Source: Minisyncoccota bacterium
GTDB taxonomy: Bacteria > Patescibacteriota > Minisyncoccia > Phycocordibacterales > Phycocordibacteraceae
NCBI GenBank assembly: GCA_041664265.1
Contig: JBAYLD010000003.1
Location: 7,988-71,987 of the forward strand
Length of the DNA stretch: 64,000 nucleotides
Direction: 5' to 3'
In this document: positions 1 through 9,694 of the stretch, in pieces
How positions within the stretch are numbered: the stretch's first letter is position 1
Layout: each line of letters starts with the position of its first letter
Notes under the pieces: generated by a model
What the model saw: only the letters and a program-made list of their open reading frames with translations
Databases searched by the model: none
Told to the model about the DNA's origin: nothing
Made by a program: the position numbers and the translations under genes

Positions 1-1047
1 ATCAAGCTTCTCTCGGGTGTGAAGCTAAACGTCACGAATCGGGCACAAGATGGCCGCTTCAGCGTTGCACTCCAAAAGGCGACCCCGACGTCTGAAGTCG
101 GGGTCCCGACCGCAAGCGTCGGGATAGAAATGCGCGTCTCTTTCATCCCCGGGAACTTTGGAGAGTCTATTGTGCTGCGCATCCTTAATCCTGAAGCGAC
201 CAAAGTTTCGTACAAAGAGCTCGGCATCCAGCCCAAACTCCTCGCGCGCCTCGAGACGGAGATCCGGCGCCCCAACGGCATGCTACTTACCACCGGCCCT
301 ACCGGGAGCGGCAAGACGACGACGCTCTACTCATTCCTCCGCGAGATCCACACGCCCGATATAAAGATCATCACCATCGAAGATCCGGTCGAATATCACC
401 TTAAGGGTATCGTACAGACACAAGTCGAGGGGACGAAATACACATTTGCCGAGGGGCTCAAATCTATCGTTCGCCAAGATCCGGACATCATCATGGTCGG
501 CGAGATCCGCGACGGCGAGACCGCCGATATCGCGATACAGGCGGCACTCACGGGCCACTTCGTCTTCTCAACCCTCCACACCAACAATGCCGCCGGTACC
601 TTCCCCCGGCTGGCCGACCTTGGTGCGGATCCAAAATCCTTCGGCTCAGCGGTAACCGTCTCGATGGCGCAGCGCCTCTTGCGTAAGCTTGATCCGGAAA
701 AGAAAAAAGAACGCTCGCTCACTGATGAGGAGAAAGCGATGATTACAAAGGTGTTTGAGCCGCTCGCCGACAAGTCGCTCATCCCTGAAAAAATAGAGAC
801 CGTATGGGATCCGGCACCCGCCAGCGATGAAGAGACCGGTTACCACGGCCGCATCGGCCTCTATGAGGCGATCTTTATGGACGACGAGCTCGCGTCGTTC
901 CTGCGCGACAATCCGCCTGAAAACGAGATCGCCAAGCTCACCGCCAAGCAAGGCTACCTCACGATGGCGCAAGATGGCATCCTCAAAGCTCTCGCCGGCG
1001 TCACCTCCCTCACTGAAGTCGCCGACACCGTCGACCTTCCGAGATAG
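1..1047 (+). CDS. pilB: GspE/PilB-family type II/IV secretion ATPase, 5'-truncated by window edge
   Basis: QDGRF, Walker A TGPTGSGKTT, TIEDPVEY, RQDPDIIMVGEIRD and STLHTN motifs; frame open from position 1. Confidence 0.9.
   Translation: MKLLSGVKLNVTNRAQDGRFSVALQKATPTSEVGVPTASVGIEMRVSFIPGNFGESIVLRILNPEATKVSYKELGIQPKLLARLETEIRRPNGMLLTTGPTGSGKTTTLYSFLREIHTPDIKIITIEDPVEYHLKGIVQTQVEGTKYTFAEGLKSIVRQDPDIIMVGEIRDGETADIAIQAALTGHFVFSTLHTNNAAGTFPRLADLGADPKSFGSAVTVSMAQRLLRKLDPEKKKERSLTDEEKAMITKVFEPLADKSLIPEKIETVWDPAPASDEETGYHGRIGLYEAIFMDDELASFLRDNPPENEIAKLTAKQGYLTMAQDGILKALAGVTSLTEVADTVDLPR
83..124. repeat. 42-bp double-hairpin REP-like element (family B), in frame inside pilB
   Basis: ccccgac-N7-gtcgggg followed by tcccgac-N7-gtcggga; related copy at 55289-55330. 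Confidence 0.8.
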
Positions 1048-1057
1048 CGATCTTTGT

Positions 1058-1138
1058 TGTGCATACTCAGTATGCACATGAGCGCGACTATCCGCGTGTA
1101 CCTTAATTTACGCTATAGCGTAAATTAAGGTACACGCG
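1058..1138. repeat. Intergenic palindrome cluster: family C hairpin (1058-1078) plus 46-bp perfect palindrome, family A (1093-1138)
   Basis: tgtgcatac-tca-gtatgcaca; cgcgtgtaccttaatttacgcta|tagcgtaaattaaggtacacgcg; related copies at 9813-9888 and 55107-55146. Confidence 0.9.
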
Positions 1139-1147
1139 ATCATGTAT

Positions 1148-1183
1148 AAAAAAGAAATCGCCCAACTCTGTTGGGCGATTTCT
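1148..1183 (-). terminator. Intrinsic terminator, minus strand
   Basis: 14-bp stem agaaatcgcccaac/gttgggcgatttct preceded by an A run on +, i.e. a U tail on -. Confidence 0.75.
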
Positions 1184-1437
1184 ACTCTCGTTCCCGTCCC
1201 TATGTAAGCATATAGACGGTCGTTCGGCGCAGAACGATATGAGATTACTCACATCGTTCTGACCTCTCTTCCCGTCCATAATCCTCAAGGCAAAACCCGC
1301 AGTAACGCGGGGAAGACATAACACCTGAGGAGATTCCCAGCGCCACGACCGAAGTTGTGGACCAGAAAGTCCTTGGGGAAACGCCCAAAGCCGTCAAGCC
1401 TTGCCTAGAGGAGTATGAACAGGAGCAACGAACTGTG
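1148..1437 (-). ncRNA. Candidate structured non-coding RNA (~290 nt), family unknown
   Basis: Several stems that pair through G-U only on the minus strand, a cUUCGg loop, an upstream TG-c-TAACAT extended -10 and a downstream terminator. Confidence 0.5.
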
Positions 1438-1464
1438 CTAGAATGTTAGCATCACAGTATTTTT

Positions 1465-2466
1465 ATGTCAACCCCCCCCAAAGCCCCTCCCTCGACTTCT
1501 TCATCGCTTGATGCGGTGCTTCGCCCCGGCCATTGGGACGAATATGTCGGCCAAAAACAGGTCAAAGCGAACGTGCGCATTTCGATTGATGCGGCGAAGA
1601 AGCGCGGCGGCATGCCGGAACACTTCCTCTTCTACGGCCCGCCAGGCGTCGGCAAGACGACCCTCGCGCACCTCGTCGCCGCGACGCTCGAATCACCACT
1701 AAAGAGCACGTCGGGAGTCGCTATCGAGCGCGCTGGAGATCTCGCGGCAATATTGACCAACCTTGAGCCGCACACAGTGTTGTTTATAGATGAAATCCAT
1801 CGGCTTTCGAGAAAAATAGAAGAGCTCCTCTATCCTGCTCTTGAGTCGGGACATCTTGATATCGTGCTGGGAAAAGGCCCCTCGGCACGCACGGTCGAGC
1901 TCGCGCTCCCTCCCTTCACACTCGTCGGCGCTACCACGCGCGTCGCCGAGCTCTCAGGGCCGCTGCGCTCGCGCTTCGGCGGCGGCGTCTATCAGCTCGA
2001 CTTCTATAATGATGAAGATTTACGCGATATTATCCGCCGTTCTGCCCGCCTGCTCGAGCTCAGGGCGCCCGATGAGGTGATCGAGCGCATCGCGGCGCGA
2101 AGCCGCGCGACGCCGCGCGTCGCGAATGCACTTCTAAAGCGTGTCCGCGACTTCTCTGAAGTCCACGAACGCAAGCTCTCTGGGTCTCTTTGCGACGAGG
2201 CATGCGAACTCTTCGGCATTGATGCGTTCGGCCTCACCAAAGATGATCGCCGCTACCTTGATACCCTTCTCCAGGGATTCCGCGGCGGCCCAGCGGGTGT
2301 TCGAGCGCTTGCCGCAGCTATACATGAAGAACCCGACACTCTCGAGAACGTCTATGAGCCCTATCTGCTCCGCCTCGGCTTTATCGAACGCTCCTCGCGC
2401 GGCCGCATCCTCACCCCCAAAGGCCGCGCTTATTTGAATGGTGAAAAACTTGATGCTATTTTTTGA
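1465..2466 (+). CDS. ruvB: Holliday junction branch migration helicase RuvB
   Basis: LRP..W.EYVGQ, GPPGVGKTT, LFIDEIHRL, GATTR, YEPYLL. Confidence 0.96.
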   Translation: MSTPPKAPPSTSSSLDAVLRPGHWDEYVGQKQVKANVRISIDAAKKRGGMPEHFLFYGPPGVGKTTLAHLVAATLESPLKSTSGVAIERAGDLAAILTNLEPHTVLFIDEIHRLSRKIEELLYPALESGHLDIVLGKGPSARTVELALPPFTLVGATTRVAELSGPLRSRFGGGVYQLDFYNDEDLRDIIRRSARLLELRAPDEVIERIAARSRATPRVANALLKRVRDFSEVHERKLSGSLCDEACELFGIDAFGLTKDDRRYLDTLLQGFRGGPAGVRALAAAIHEEPDTLENVYEPYLLRLGFIERSSRGRILTPKGRAYLNGEKLDAIF

Positions 2467-2468
2467 CC

Positions 2469-3023
2469 ATGTCCGGACATAGCAAATGGTCGCAGATTAA
2501 AAGACAGAAGGCGACGACCGACGCGGCAAAGAGCCGCATCTTCGCACGCTATGCGCGCCTCATCACTATGGAGTCTAAGAAGGCAGGCGGCGTCCTCTCG
2601 GCACCCGGCCTTGCCGTCGCCATCTCGCGCGCCAAGGCCGCGAATATGCCCAAAGACAATATCGAGCGCGCGGTCGCGAAGGGCACGTCAAAAGATTCGG
2701 GGAATCTCGAGCGTGTGGTATACGAAGCATACGGCCCTGGCGGGGCGGCACTGATGGTTGACGCCCTCACTGATAATAAAAATCGCACGACTCAAGAGAT
2801 CAAACACCTCCTCTCGAAACAAGGTACTGAGATTGCCGCGCCGGGTGCCGCGAGCTGGGCATTCACTAAAGCAGGCGACGTGTACACCCCGAATGAGCCT
2901 TTGATTGAGGTGGGTGAAGTTGAGGGGAAACAGCTTGGCGATATGTTAGAAGCGCTTGATGAACATGGGGATGTGCAACAAGTGTTCACGAACGCGCGCG
3001 GCTATGAGAATATTGGCGATTGA
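2469..3023 (+). CDS. yebC: YebC/PmpR family protein (short form)
   Basis: MSGHSKWSQIKRQK, NMPKDNIERA, YEAYGPGG, TDNKNRT. Confidence 0.93.
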   Translation: MSGHSKWSQIKRQKATTDAAKSRIFARYARLITMESKKAGGVLSAPGLAVAISRAKAANMPKDNIERAVAKGTSKDSGNLERVVYEAYGPGGAALMVDALTDNKNRTTQEIKHLLSKQGTEIAAPGAASWAFTKAGDVYTPNEPLIEVGEVEGKQLGDMLEALDEHGDVQQVFTNARGYENIGD

Positions 3024-3480
3024 TCCGGGCTACGACCGACTCGGTATCGCCGTCATCGAGGGCGACCCTTCTCGGCCCACACTCATCTGGAGTGATTGCG
3101 TACTTCCCGATAAAGGTCCGCACGAACAACGTCTCGCACAAGTGTCGAGAGCGATCACTAGGGCAATTCTCGACTACACACCTGATATACTCGCGATCGA
3201 GACTCTTTTTTTTAGTATCAACAAGAAAACAGCGCTTGGCGTCGCCGAGGCGCGTGGCGCGATCCTTGCTGCTGCCGGCAACGCCTCTTTACCGGTCTGC
3301 GAATGCTCGCCACAACAAGTGAAGCTTGCGGTTACCGGCAATGGCGGTGCAGACAAGGCGGCTCTGGCAAACATGGTTCCCCAACTCCTCACACTCCCTA
3401 AAAAGAAGCGGTTTGACGATGAGTTGGACGCGATAGCGATTGGCATCACCGCACTTGCCCTCAACCCTTTGAAACACTAA
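3004..3480 (+). CDS. ruvC: Crossover junction endodeoxyribonuclease RuvC
   Basis: MRILAIDPG, VAEARG, VKLAVTGNG.ADK, DD..DAIAI. Confidence 0.94.
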   Translation: MRILAIDPGYDRLGIAVIEGDPSRPTLIWSDCVLPDKGPHEQRLAQVSRAITRAILDYTPDILAIETLFFSINKKTALGVAEARGAILAAAGNASLPVCECSPQQVKLAVTGNGGADKAALANMVPQLLTLPKKKRFDDELDAIAIGITALALNPLKH

Positions 3481-3541
3481 TCCACACCCCACGCCAGAGA
3501 CACTTGCATGAATAGTATTTTTTGTTACATATATACACCAT

Positions 3542-3631
3542 ATGATGGACGAAGATGAAGAGATTCGCGACGGATTCATTCCTGATGAGCTGGAGGAGTT
3601 CGTGAGCGAAGAAGAGGAAGAAAATTATTAA
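3542..3631 (+). CDS. Putative 29-aa highly acidic peptide
   Basis: MMDEDEEIRDGFIPDELEEFVSEEEEENY; fills the ruvC-pbp gap; below the ORF-track cutoff. Confidence 0.5.
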   Translation: MMDEDEEIRDGFIPDELEEFVSEEEEENY

Positions 3632-3651
3632 AAACGTGTTAGAATAGCAGT

Positions 3652-5805
3652 ATGTCTCCTCATCGCACACAGCGGCATACTGTTATAACTTCTCTCCTTG
3701 TCCTTTTTGGGCTTGGACTTATTTTTGCCGGCGGTATTCTTGTATTAGTAGCGATCACTCCTGTGCCCGATATTAGTTCCTTTGCGAGCCGACAGATCAA
3801 CCAGTCGACAAAAATATACGATCGTACTGGGCAGGTTCTCTTATACGATTATAATCGGGACGCGAAGCGAGAGATTGTTCCGCTCGTATCCATGTCTCCT
3901 CATGTCATACAATCGACCATAGCGATCGAGGATTCGAGTTTTTATACACATGGCGGCATCCGCCTCACCTCTATCGTTCGCGCGATGATTGCTGATGTTC
4001 TTGGGGGTTCGCTTTCCCAAGGAGGTTCAACCATCACCCAGCAGGTGGTGAAGAATACGCTCCTCACAAATAAAAAAAGTGTGGTGCGTAAAATACATGA
4101 GTGGGCGCTCGCACTTCGACTCGAACAAGCCTACTCAAAGGACCAGATACTCGAGACCTATCTTAACAATATCCCCTTCGGGGGTACGCTCTATGGCGTC
4201 GAGGCGGCATCAGAGGCTTATTTCGGGATACCTGCAAAGGATCTTTCTGTTGCGAAGTCGGCATATCTCTCAGCTATGATACAGGCTCCTTCATTTTATT
4301 CGCCGTATGGGGCGAATCGCGCAAAACTCGATATGCGCAAAAATCTTGTGCTTGACCGCATGCGCGCACTCGGCTTCTTAGATGACGCCGCATATGCGTC
4401 CGCAAAAACAGAAGAGGTTTTGTTTGCCCCTGCGGGCCAGAACGCAATCATCGCGCCGCATTTCGTTTTTTATATCCTCAACCAGCTCGAAGAAAAATAT
4501 GGGAAGAATGCTTTGATTGGGGGGTTAAAGGTGACCACCACGCTTGATGCTGATCTCGAGACAAAAGCAGAATCAATAGTGAACAGCTACGCGCTTAAAA
4601 ACCAGAAGGATTTTAACGCATCAAATGCCACTTTGGTCGCGATCGACCCCCCGACGGGGCAAATTCTCGCGATGGTGGGCTCGCGCGACTTCTTTGACAC
4701 GACTATCGACGGGCAATATAATGCCGCGCTTGCCCTACGGCAACCAGGTTCGACCATGAAGCCGTTTATCTATTCGCTCGCCTTGATGCGCGGCTATACG
4801 CGCAACACGGTCGTCTTTGATACACCGACGCAATTCTCAACAGCTTGCAGACCCTTTGATGTCACGAACAACACACCACCCTGCTACGCTCCTGAAGACT
4901 ACGATGGCGCCTTTCGCGGCCCAATGACCTTTGAGACAGCACTCGCCCAATCGATCAACATACCCGCTATTAAGGTTCTTTACTTGGTTGGCATACAAAA
5001 CGCCATACATTTTGCAAAATCATTCGGGCTCACCACCCTCGGCGACCCGAGCCAATACGGCCTCACGCTCGTGCTCGGCGGTGGCGAAGTGAGGCTTCTC
5101 GACCTCACAGGCGCCTATGCCGCCTTCGCGAATGATGGAGTACAGAACACGCCCACAGGCATCCTCGAGGTGAATGATGCACAAGGGAATGTGCTTGAGC
5201 GCTATACCGCATCACCAGTCGTTGTAGCACCTACAAATATCGCGCGTGATATTTCAGCCATGCTTTCTAACGCCCAGGCGCGCCTACCAGAATATCCACT
5301 GAATTCTCCTCTCTCCTTCTCTGGCTATGACGTAGCGGTTAAGACAGGTACGACCGATGACACCCGTGACGCATGGGTGATCGGCTACACCCCCTCTATC
5401 GCCATCGGCGTCTGGACGGGTAATAATGACAACTCGAAGATGGTCAAATCTGTCGCTGGATTTATCGCGGCACCGATGTGGCATGAGGTGATGGCGTATG
5501 CGCTTTCAAAATATCCCCAGACATATTTTGGTGAACCAAGCCCGCTCTATGCCTCAGTACCGCCGATGTTGCAGGGGAATTGGCGTATACCTGATGCACA
5601 AGGAAATATCGTCCCGCACAGCCTCTTATATTGGACCGATAAACAAAATCCACAAGGAGCGCCTCCTTCAAATCCTGCACAAGACCCTCAATTCGCGTAT
5701 TGGGAGTATGGTGTATCTGCTTGGTACAACTCCCACCCCAACCTCTTCTCTGGAGGCGTCATGCTCCCTGTCCCGCTTTCTAATAACACTACTGTCGCTC
5801 AATAA
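3652..5805 (+). CDS. Class A penicillin-binding protein (transglycosylase/transpeptidase)
   Basis: N-terminal TM helix, IED..F..H.G, QGGSTITQQ, RQPGSTMK (SxxK), S.N, KTGT. Confidence 0.93.
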   Translation: MSPHRTQRHTVITSLLVLFGLGLIFAGGILVLVAITPVPDISSFASRQINQSTKIYDRTGQVLLYDYNRDAKREIVPLVSMSPHVIQSTIAIEDSSFYTHGGIRLTSIVRAMIADVLGGSLSQGGSTITQQVVKNTLLTNKKSVVRKIHEWALALRLEQAYSKDQILETYLNNIPFGGTLYGVEAASEAYFGIPAKDLSVAKSAYLSAMIQAPSFYSPYGANRAKLDMRKNLVLDRMRALGFLDDAAYASAKTEEVLFAPAGQNAIIAPHFVFYILNQLEEKYGKNALIGGLKVTTTLDADLETKAESIVNSYALKNQKDFNASNATLVAIDPPTGQILAMVGSRDFFDTTIDGQYNAALALRQPGSTMKPFIYSLALMRGYTRNTVVFDTPTQFSTACRPFDVTNNTPPCYAPEDYDGAFRGPMTFETALAQSINIPAIKVLYLVGIQNAIHFAKSFGLTTLGDPSQYGLTLVLGGGEVRLLDLTGAYAAFANDGVQNTPTGILEVNDAQGNVLERYTASPVVVAPTNIARDISAMLSNAQARLPEYPLNSPLSFSGYDVAVKTGTTDDTRDAWVIGYTPSIAIGVWTGNNDNSKMVKSVAGFIAAPMWHEVMAYALSKYPQTYFGEPSPLYASVPPMLQGNWRIPDAQGNIVPHSLLYWTDKQNPQGAPPSNPAQDPQFAYWEYGVSAWYNSHPNLFSGGVMLPVPLSNNTTVAQ

Positions 5806-5843
5806 TCTTCTACTAACTAAGAAGGGAGTTTTACTTTATGATC

Positions 5844-6944
5844 CTATTGATTCATTGGGGAGACAAGATAGAGGAGTGAGGTATCCCCTACCCCTTTTAT
5901 AATCAGCGGGCGGCCGATGCCTGCAGCAGTGAGTGAGAGGCTCTCAGTGGTAGTAAGTGAGAGTGCTGCTAAAAGATAGCGATAATTAAAAGAAAGATCG
6001 AGTGCGCTCCCCGCTATGCGAGCAGAAAGCGTCTCTGACGCTTCGCCTACATCAGTATTCTTCGCGAATAAAGAGAGTGTATTCTTTTTTGGATCAAAAC
6101 TTAAGCGCACTTTCTGAAAAGAGTCTGAAAAGATGGTTGTTTGTTTTAACGCATGTTCAAAATCTTTTCTCAACACTATTGCCTCAACAATTGATTCTTT
6201 CGGGATTATCTGACGATAATCAGGATATACCGAATTCGTAAGCCGAGATACCAACATACCACTCGTGCTCACAAACGCGCATTGATGTTCATCAAACGAC
6301 ATTATAATGTCGTCATCTGGTAGCGCTTGTGCTATATCAAGGGCATTTTTTGCAGGAATGAGGAATTTCCCTTGTGTTCCTTTGTTTATAAGAGGTATTT
6401 TTTTCTCTGCAAGCCGAAATGAGTCTGTCGCAACCGCAGTTAAGATACCCCCTTCTATTGAGATATAGATACTCGCAAGTTCTGGGCGAACAGTTGAGGA
6501 TGAAGCACAAGGCGCAAGAGAAGAAAATAGAGCGCGCAGAAGAACTCCCGGGAGGACAATCCTATTTTTGGGGTTCTCGGGAAATGGGATTGAAGGAAAA
6601 TCCTCATACAGAACAGTCCGTATAGAACTTTTCCCCATGCCGCTTGTGAGCGATACGATATCTCCAGTGTGTTCTAGAGTAATAGTTCCTCCTGGAGTGA
6701 GTGTGTGTGCTATTTGTTGTAGTATCGTTGAGGGTAGGGCTACCACGCCGTGAGTTTTGCATTCTCCTTCAATTTTTAAATCTATTCCCGTTTCAAGATT
6801 TGTTGCACGCATCTTTATCCCATCATCCCCAGCAATAATAAGGATGGTAGAGAGTGCAGGGAGTGTCGTACTCTTACGTTCTGCGAATCGAGCAACAGTA
6901 GAGACTGCTTCAGAGAATATTTTTTTATCTATTGAAATATACAT
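5844..6944 (-). CDS. dnaN: DNA polymerase III beta sliding clamp
   Basis: ATNLE, VATDSFRLAE, YPDY..IIP, C-terminal YLVSPM; downstream of dnaA. Confidence 0.95.
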   Translation of the reverse strand: MYISIDKKIFSEAVSTVARFAERKSTTLPALSTILIIAGDDGIKMRATNLETGIDLKIEGECKTHGVVALPSTILQQIAHTLTPGGTITLEHTGDIVSLTSGMGKSSIRTVLYEDFPSIPFPENPKNRIVLPGVLLRALFSSLAPCASSSTVRPELASIYISIEGGILTAVATDSFRLAEKKIPLINKGTQGKFLIPAKNALDIAQALPDDDIIMSFDEHQCAFVSTSGMLVSRLTNSVYPDYRQIIPKESIVEAIVLRKDFEHALKQTTIFSDSFQKVRLSFDPKKNTLSLFAKNTDVGEASETLSARIAGSALDLSFNYRYLLAALSLTTTESLSLTAAGIGRPLIIKGVGDTSLLYLVSPMNQ

Positions 6945-7055
6945 ACGATGCTTATTAGGGCTGTTGATAAGTGGATAAATGAAAATAATGAGGCGCTTCT
7001 TGCATAAAAACCATATCCACTCCTGCGATTCCTGTTAATAAACGTAATGATATCT
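6945..7055. promoter_or_regulatory. Probable oriC segment: DnaA-box-like sites between dnaA and dnaN
   Basis: tgttgataa 6962-6970, agtggataa 6970-6978, tgttaataa 7033-7041; AT-rich; consensus tgtgtataa also at 8485-8493 upstream of dnaA. Confidence 0.6.
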
Positions 7056-8408
7056 TCATACAAGAAGGGTACGGATATTTTGAATCTCAGTTGCGAGATC
7101 ACTATCCACAACAATTTCACGCTTTACCTTCTCACAAGAGTGGATAACAGTCGTATGATCTCTCCCTCCTAATTTTGTGCCGATAGCGGGATACGAGATA
7201 TTAAAATCTTCCCTCAAGAGGTACATAATAACTTGCCGCGGGCGCACCACTTCCCTCCTACGAGTCTTTTCGTAGATACTTTCTTCATCAATACCATAGA
7301 ATTCTGCCACTTTATCAACGACGTTTTTTACCGATATGCTTTTTTGAGGTCGGGTGAATGAGCGGAGTGACTGCCGCACTTCAGCTATATCAGGCGCACA
7401 CCCCTTCACCTGCGCGTGGCACACAATGCTATTTATCATTCCCTCCAGTTCACGTATTGATCCAGAAAGAGAGGTTGCGACATACTCGACCACTTCATCC
7501 GAGAGTATAAAACCATGTAGAGCAGCCTTTTTTCGTATAATAGCCATGCGCGATTCCGAATCAGGTTCGCTAATATCAACAGCCATACCACTTGATAAAC
7601 GGCTCTTTAAGCGCTCAGCAATATCAGGGATAGCTACAGGAGCGCGGTCGGAGGAAAAAATAATTTGTTTATTTGTGTCGTGGAGGGTATTAAAAAGGTG
7701 GAAAAGCTCCTCTTGCGTCTTATCCTTCTTAGAGAGGAATTGTACATCGTCCATGATCAAAAGATCGTATTGACGATATTTATCTTTAAAGCGATTTGCG
7801 GTTCCCGCTTGTAAGGAATCGCTGTAATCAACAGCGAATTTTTCTGAGGTGAGATAAAAGACTTTTCGCCCCTGATACAATTTTTTAAACTGGTTGCCTA
7901 TCGCTTGGATAAGGTGGGTCTTCCCTCTCCCGGTATCACCATAGATAAAAAGAGGGTTATAGGTAATACCAGGGCGTCCTAGAGCCGCTTGTGCCGCGGT
8001 ATACGCGAGTGTATTAAATGAGCCGATGACAAACGTATCAAATGTGTACCTCGGGTTCAAATTGTCACTTTTGTTGATATAAAAATCATCCAAAGGGAGC
8101 TCAAGCGCGCCGCTGGTGTTCTTAACCTCCTTCTGCACCTTTCGCCGGTCATCTTTTAAAATAAGGTATTCTATGTTCCTAAACTCGTACGAAACATCCC
8201 TCAGTATCTTTAAGAGTAATGTGTGGAATTTTTTTAAGTACCAATCTTTGAAAAACTGGCTTGGCACCCCGATATAGACAACACCATCTTCATCCACTTT
8301 TGCGATAAAACTGGTACAAAACCATGTGTTGAAATTTGCTGGTGATATAGAAAGCTCAACCTGCGTTAGCACATATTCCCAAAGTTCCTGGAGATTCCCT
8401 TTATTCAT
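7056..8408 (-). CDS. dnaA: Chromosomal replication initiator DnaA
   Basis: LNPRYTFDTFV.G, YNPLFIYG..G.GKTHL, DDVQFL, QEELFH.FN, GGRDHTTV.H; ATG at 8408 chosen as start. Confidence 0.97.
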   Translation of the reverse strand: MNKGNLQELWEYVLTQVELSISPANFNTWFCTSFIAKVDEDGVVYIGVPSQFFKDWYLKKFHTLLLKILRDVSYEFRNIEYLILKDDRRKVQKEVKNTSGALELPLDDFYINKSDNLNPRYTFDTFVIGSFNTLAYTAAQAALGRPGITYNPLFIYGDTGRGKTHLIQAIGNQFKKLYQGRKVFYLTSEKFAVDYSDSLQAGTANRFKDKYRQYDLLIMDDVQFLSKKDKTQEELFHLFNTLHDTNKQIIFSSDRAPVAIPDIAERLKSRLSSGMAVDISEPDSESRMAIIRKKAALHGFILSDEVVEYVATSLSGSIRELEGMINSIVCHAQVKGCAPDIAEVRQSLRSFTRPQKSISVKNVVDKVAEFYGIDEESIYEKTRRREVVRPRQVIMYLLREDFNISYPAIGTKLGGRDHTTVIHSCEKVKREIVVDSDLATEIQNIRTLLV

Positions 8409-8508
8409 AATCGTATAGTCTGAGTATACTCTTGCCTCCAAAAGTAAGAAACAGTAGTTTTTTGGGGAGAACCTGTTATTATCATGTGTATAACCTAATC
8501 TTCATAGT

Positions 8509-8646
8509 ATGCCGAAACAAACGTACCAACCCAAAAAGCGGAAGCGCGCAAAAACTCACGGATTCCTCTCGAGAGCAGAAACGAGCTCTGGCCGTAAGAT
8601 CGTACAAAAGCGACGTCGCGCCGGACGTACGCGTTTAACGGCTTAG
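8509..8646 (+). CDS. rpmH: 50S ribosomal protein L34
   Basis: Manual translation [45 protein letters not shown]; divergent from dnaA. Confidence 0.95.
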   Translation: MPKQTYQPKKRKRAKTHGFLSRAETSSGRKIVQKRRRAGRTRLTA

Positions 8647-8651
8647 ATACT

Positions 8652-8966
8652 GTGTTTCCGCGCAAAGAACGGTTTCCGCGCGCGCTCTTCCCCACCGCTT
8701 TAAAGACTGGCCGGCGACTCTCGTCAGCACATCTGACGATCCTCGTCCCAAGAGAAGGAAAGGGATATGCGGTGGTGGTGTCAAAAAAAGTGGCTCGTCT
8801 TTCAGTCAAGAGGAATCAAATAAGGCGCCGAATCCTCGCAGCGCTCCGCCGGGCACCCCTAGACGGAAAGACCCTCCCTCCGGCGCTTATTGTTTTTCCC
8901 CGTTCTTCTGTGAGTAGTGTAAGCTATAAAGATATTAAGGTAGAACTTATGCAACTTATTCCGTGA
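8652..8966 (+). CDS. rnpA: Ribonuclease P protein component
   Basis: VVVSKKVARLSVKRNQIRRRI motif; rpmH-rnpA-yidC synteny. Confidence 0.9.
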   Translation: MFPRKERFPRALFPTALKTGRRLSSAHLTILVPREGKGYAVVVSKKVARLSVKRNQIRRRILAALRRAPLDGKTLPPALIVFPRSSVSSVSYKDIKVELMQLIP

Positions 8967-9694
8967 TATCAGCTTTTTTCCACACCGTCTTCTATAATCC
9001 GATCTACAATGCGCTCGTTGCGCTCGTTGCGCTCGTGCCTGGCTCTGATGTGGGTATTGCTGTCGTGTTGCTCACGATCGGTATTCGGCTTATCCTCCTC
9101 CCCTTCTCCCTCTCGGCGGCGCGTACCCAGCGCGCGATGAAGGCTTTAGAGCCAAAAATCAAGGAATTGAAGGATAAACATAAGGGCGATAAAGAAAAAG
9201 AGGCGCTTGAGACTCTCGCACTCTATCGCGAATCGCGTGTGAACCCATTTGCGAGCATTTTGACGGTTTTTATCCAGATACCGGTCCTTCTCGCGCTCTA
9301 TTGGGTGTTCTATTATGAGCCGTTTTCAACGATTAATACGGCTCTGTTGTACCCGTTTACCCCCACCCCCGGCACCGCGTCACTTGAATTCCTCGGGCTC
9401 ATCTCAGTCGCAGGTAAGAGCATTACGCTCGCGGTGCTCGCGGGGCTGACCCAATTCCTCCAAGCACACATGGCGCTCAGAGGGACCATGAGCCCAGCGC
9501 ACAGCAGTGCACAAGGGGATTTCCAGAAGATTATGGGCATGCAGCTCAAATATGTCTTCCCCTTCCTTATTGGCATTATTTCATATACAACTTCTGGAGC
9601 TGTGGCGCTTTATTTCATTACCACCAACCTCGCGGGCTCGCTCCAAGAATGGCACGTCCGGCGCAAACTCGACGCCGAAGCCCTACATACATAG
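8963..9694 (+). CDS. yidC: YidC/Oxa1 membrane protein insertase (short form)
   Basis: IRLILLP, LY....VNPF, IQIPVL.ALY, VALYF. Confidence 0.92.
   Translation: MISAFFHTVFYNPIYNALVALVALVPGSDVGIAVVLLTIGIRLILLPFSLSAARTQRAMKALEPKIKELKDKHKGDKEKEALETLALYRESRVNPFASILTVFIQIPVLLALYWVFYYEPFSTINTALLYPFTPTPGTASLEFLGLISVAGKSITLAVLAGLTQFLQAHMALRGTMSPAHSSAQGDFQKIMGMQLKYVFPFLIGIISYTTSGAVALYFITTNLAGSLQEWHVRRKLDAEALHT

Noticed and set aside
1320-1385. RNase P RNA (gaaagtcc on the plus strand)
   Set aside because: Lacks the full GAGGAAAGUCC context and the matching 3' P4 strand; G-U asymmetry favours the minus strand
9011-9037. 9-bp tandem repeat gcgctcgtt in yidC
   Set aside because: Frame-preserving; simply encodes ALVALVALV in a membrane helix
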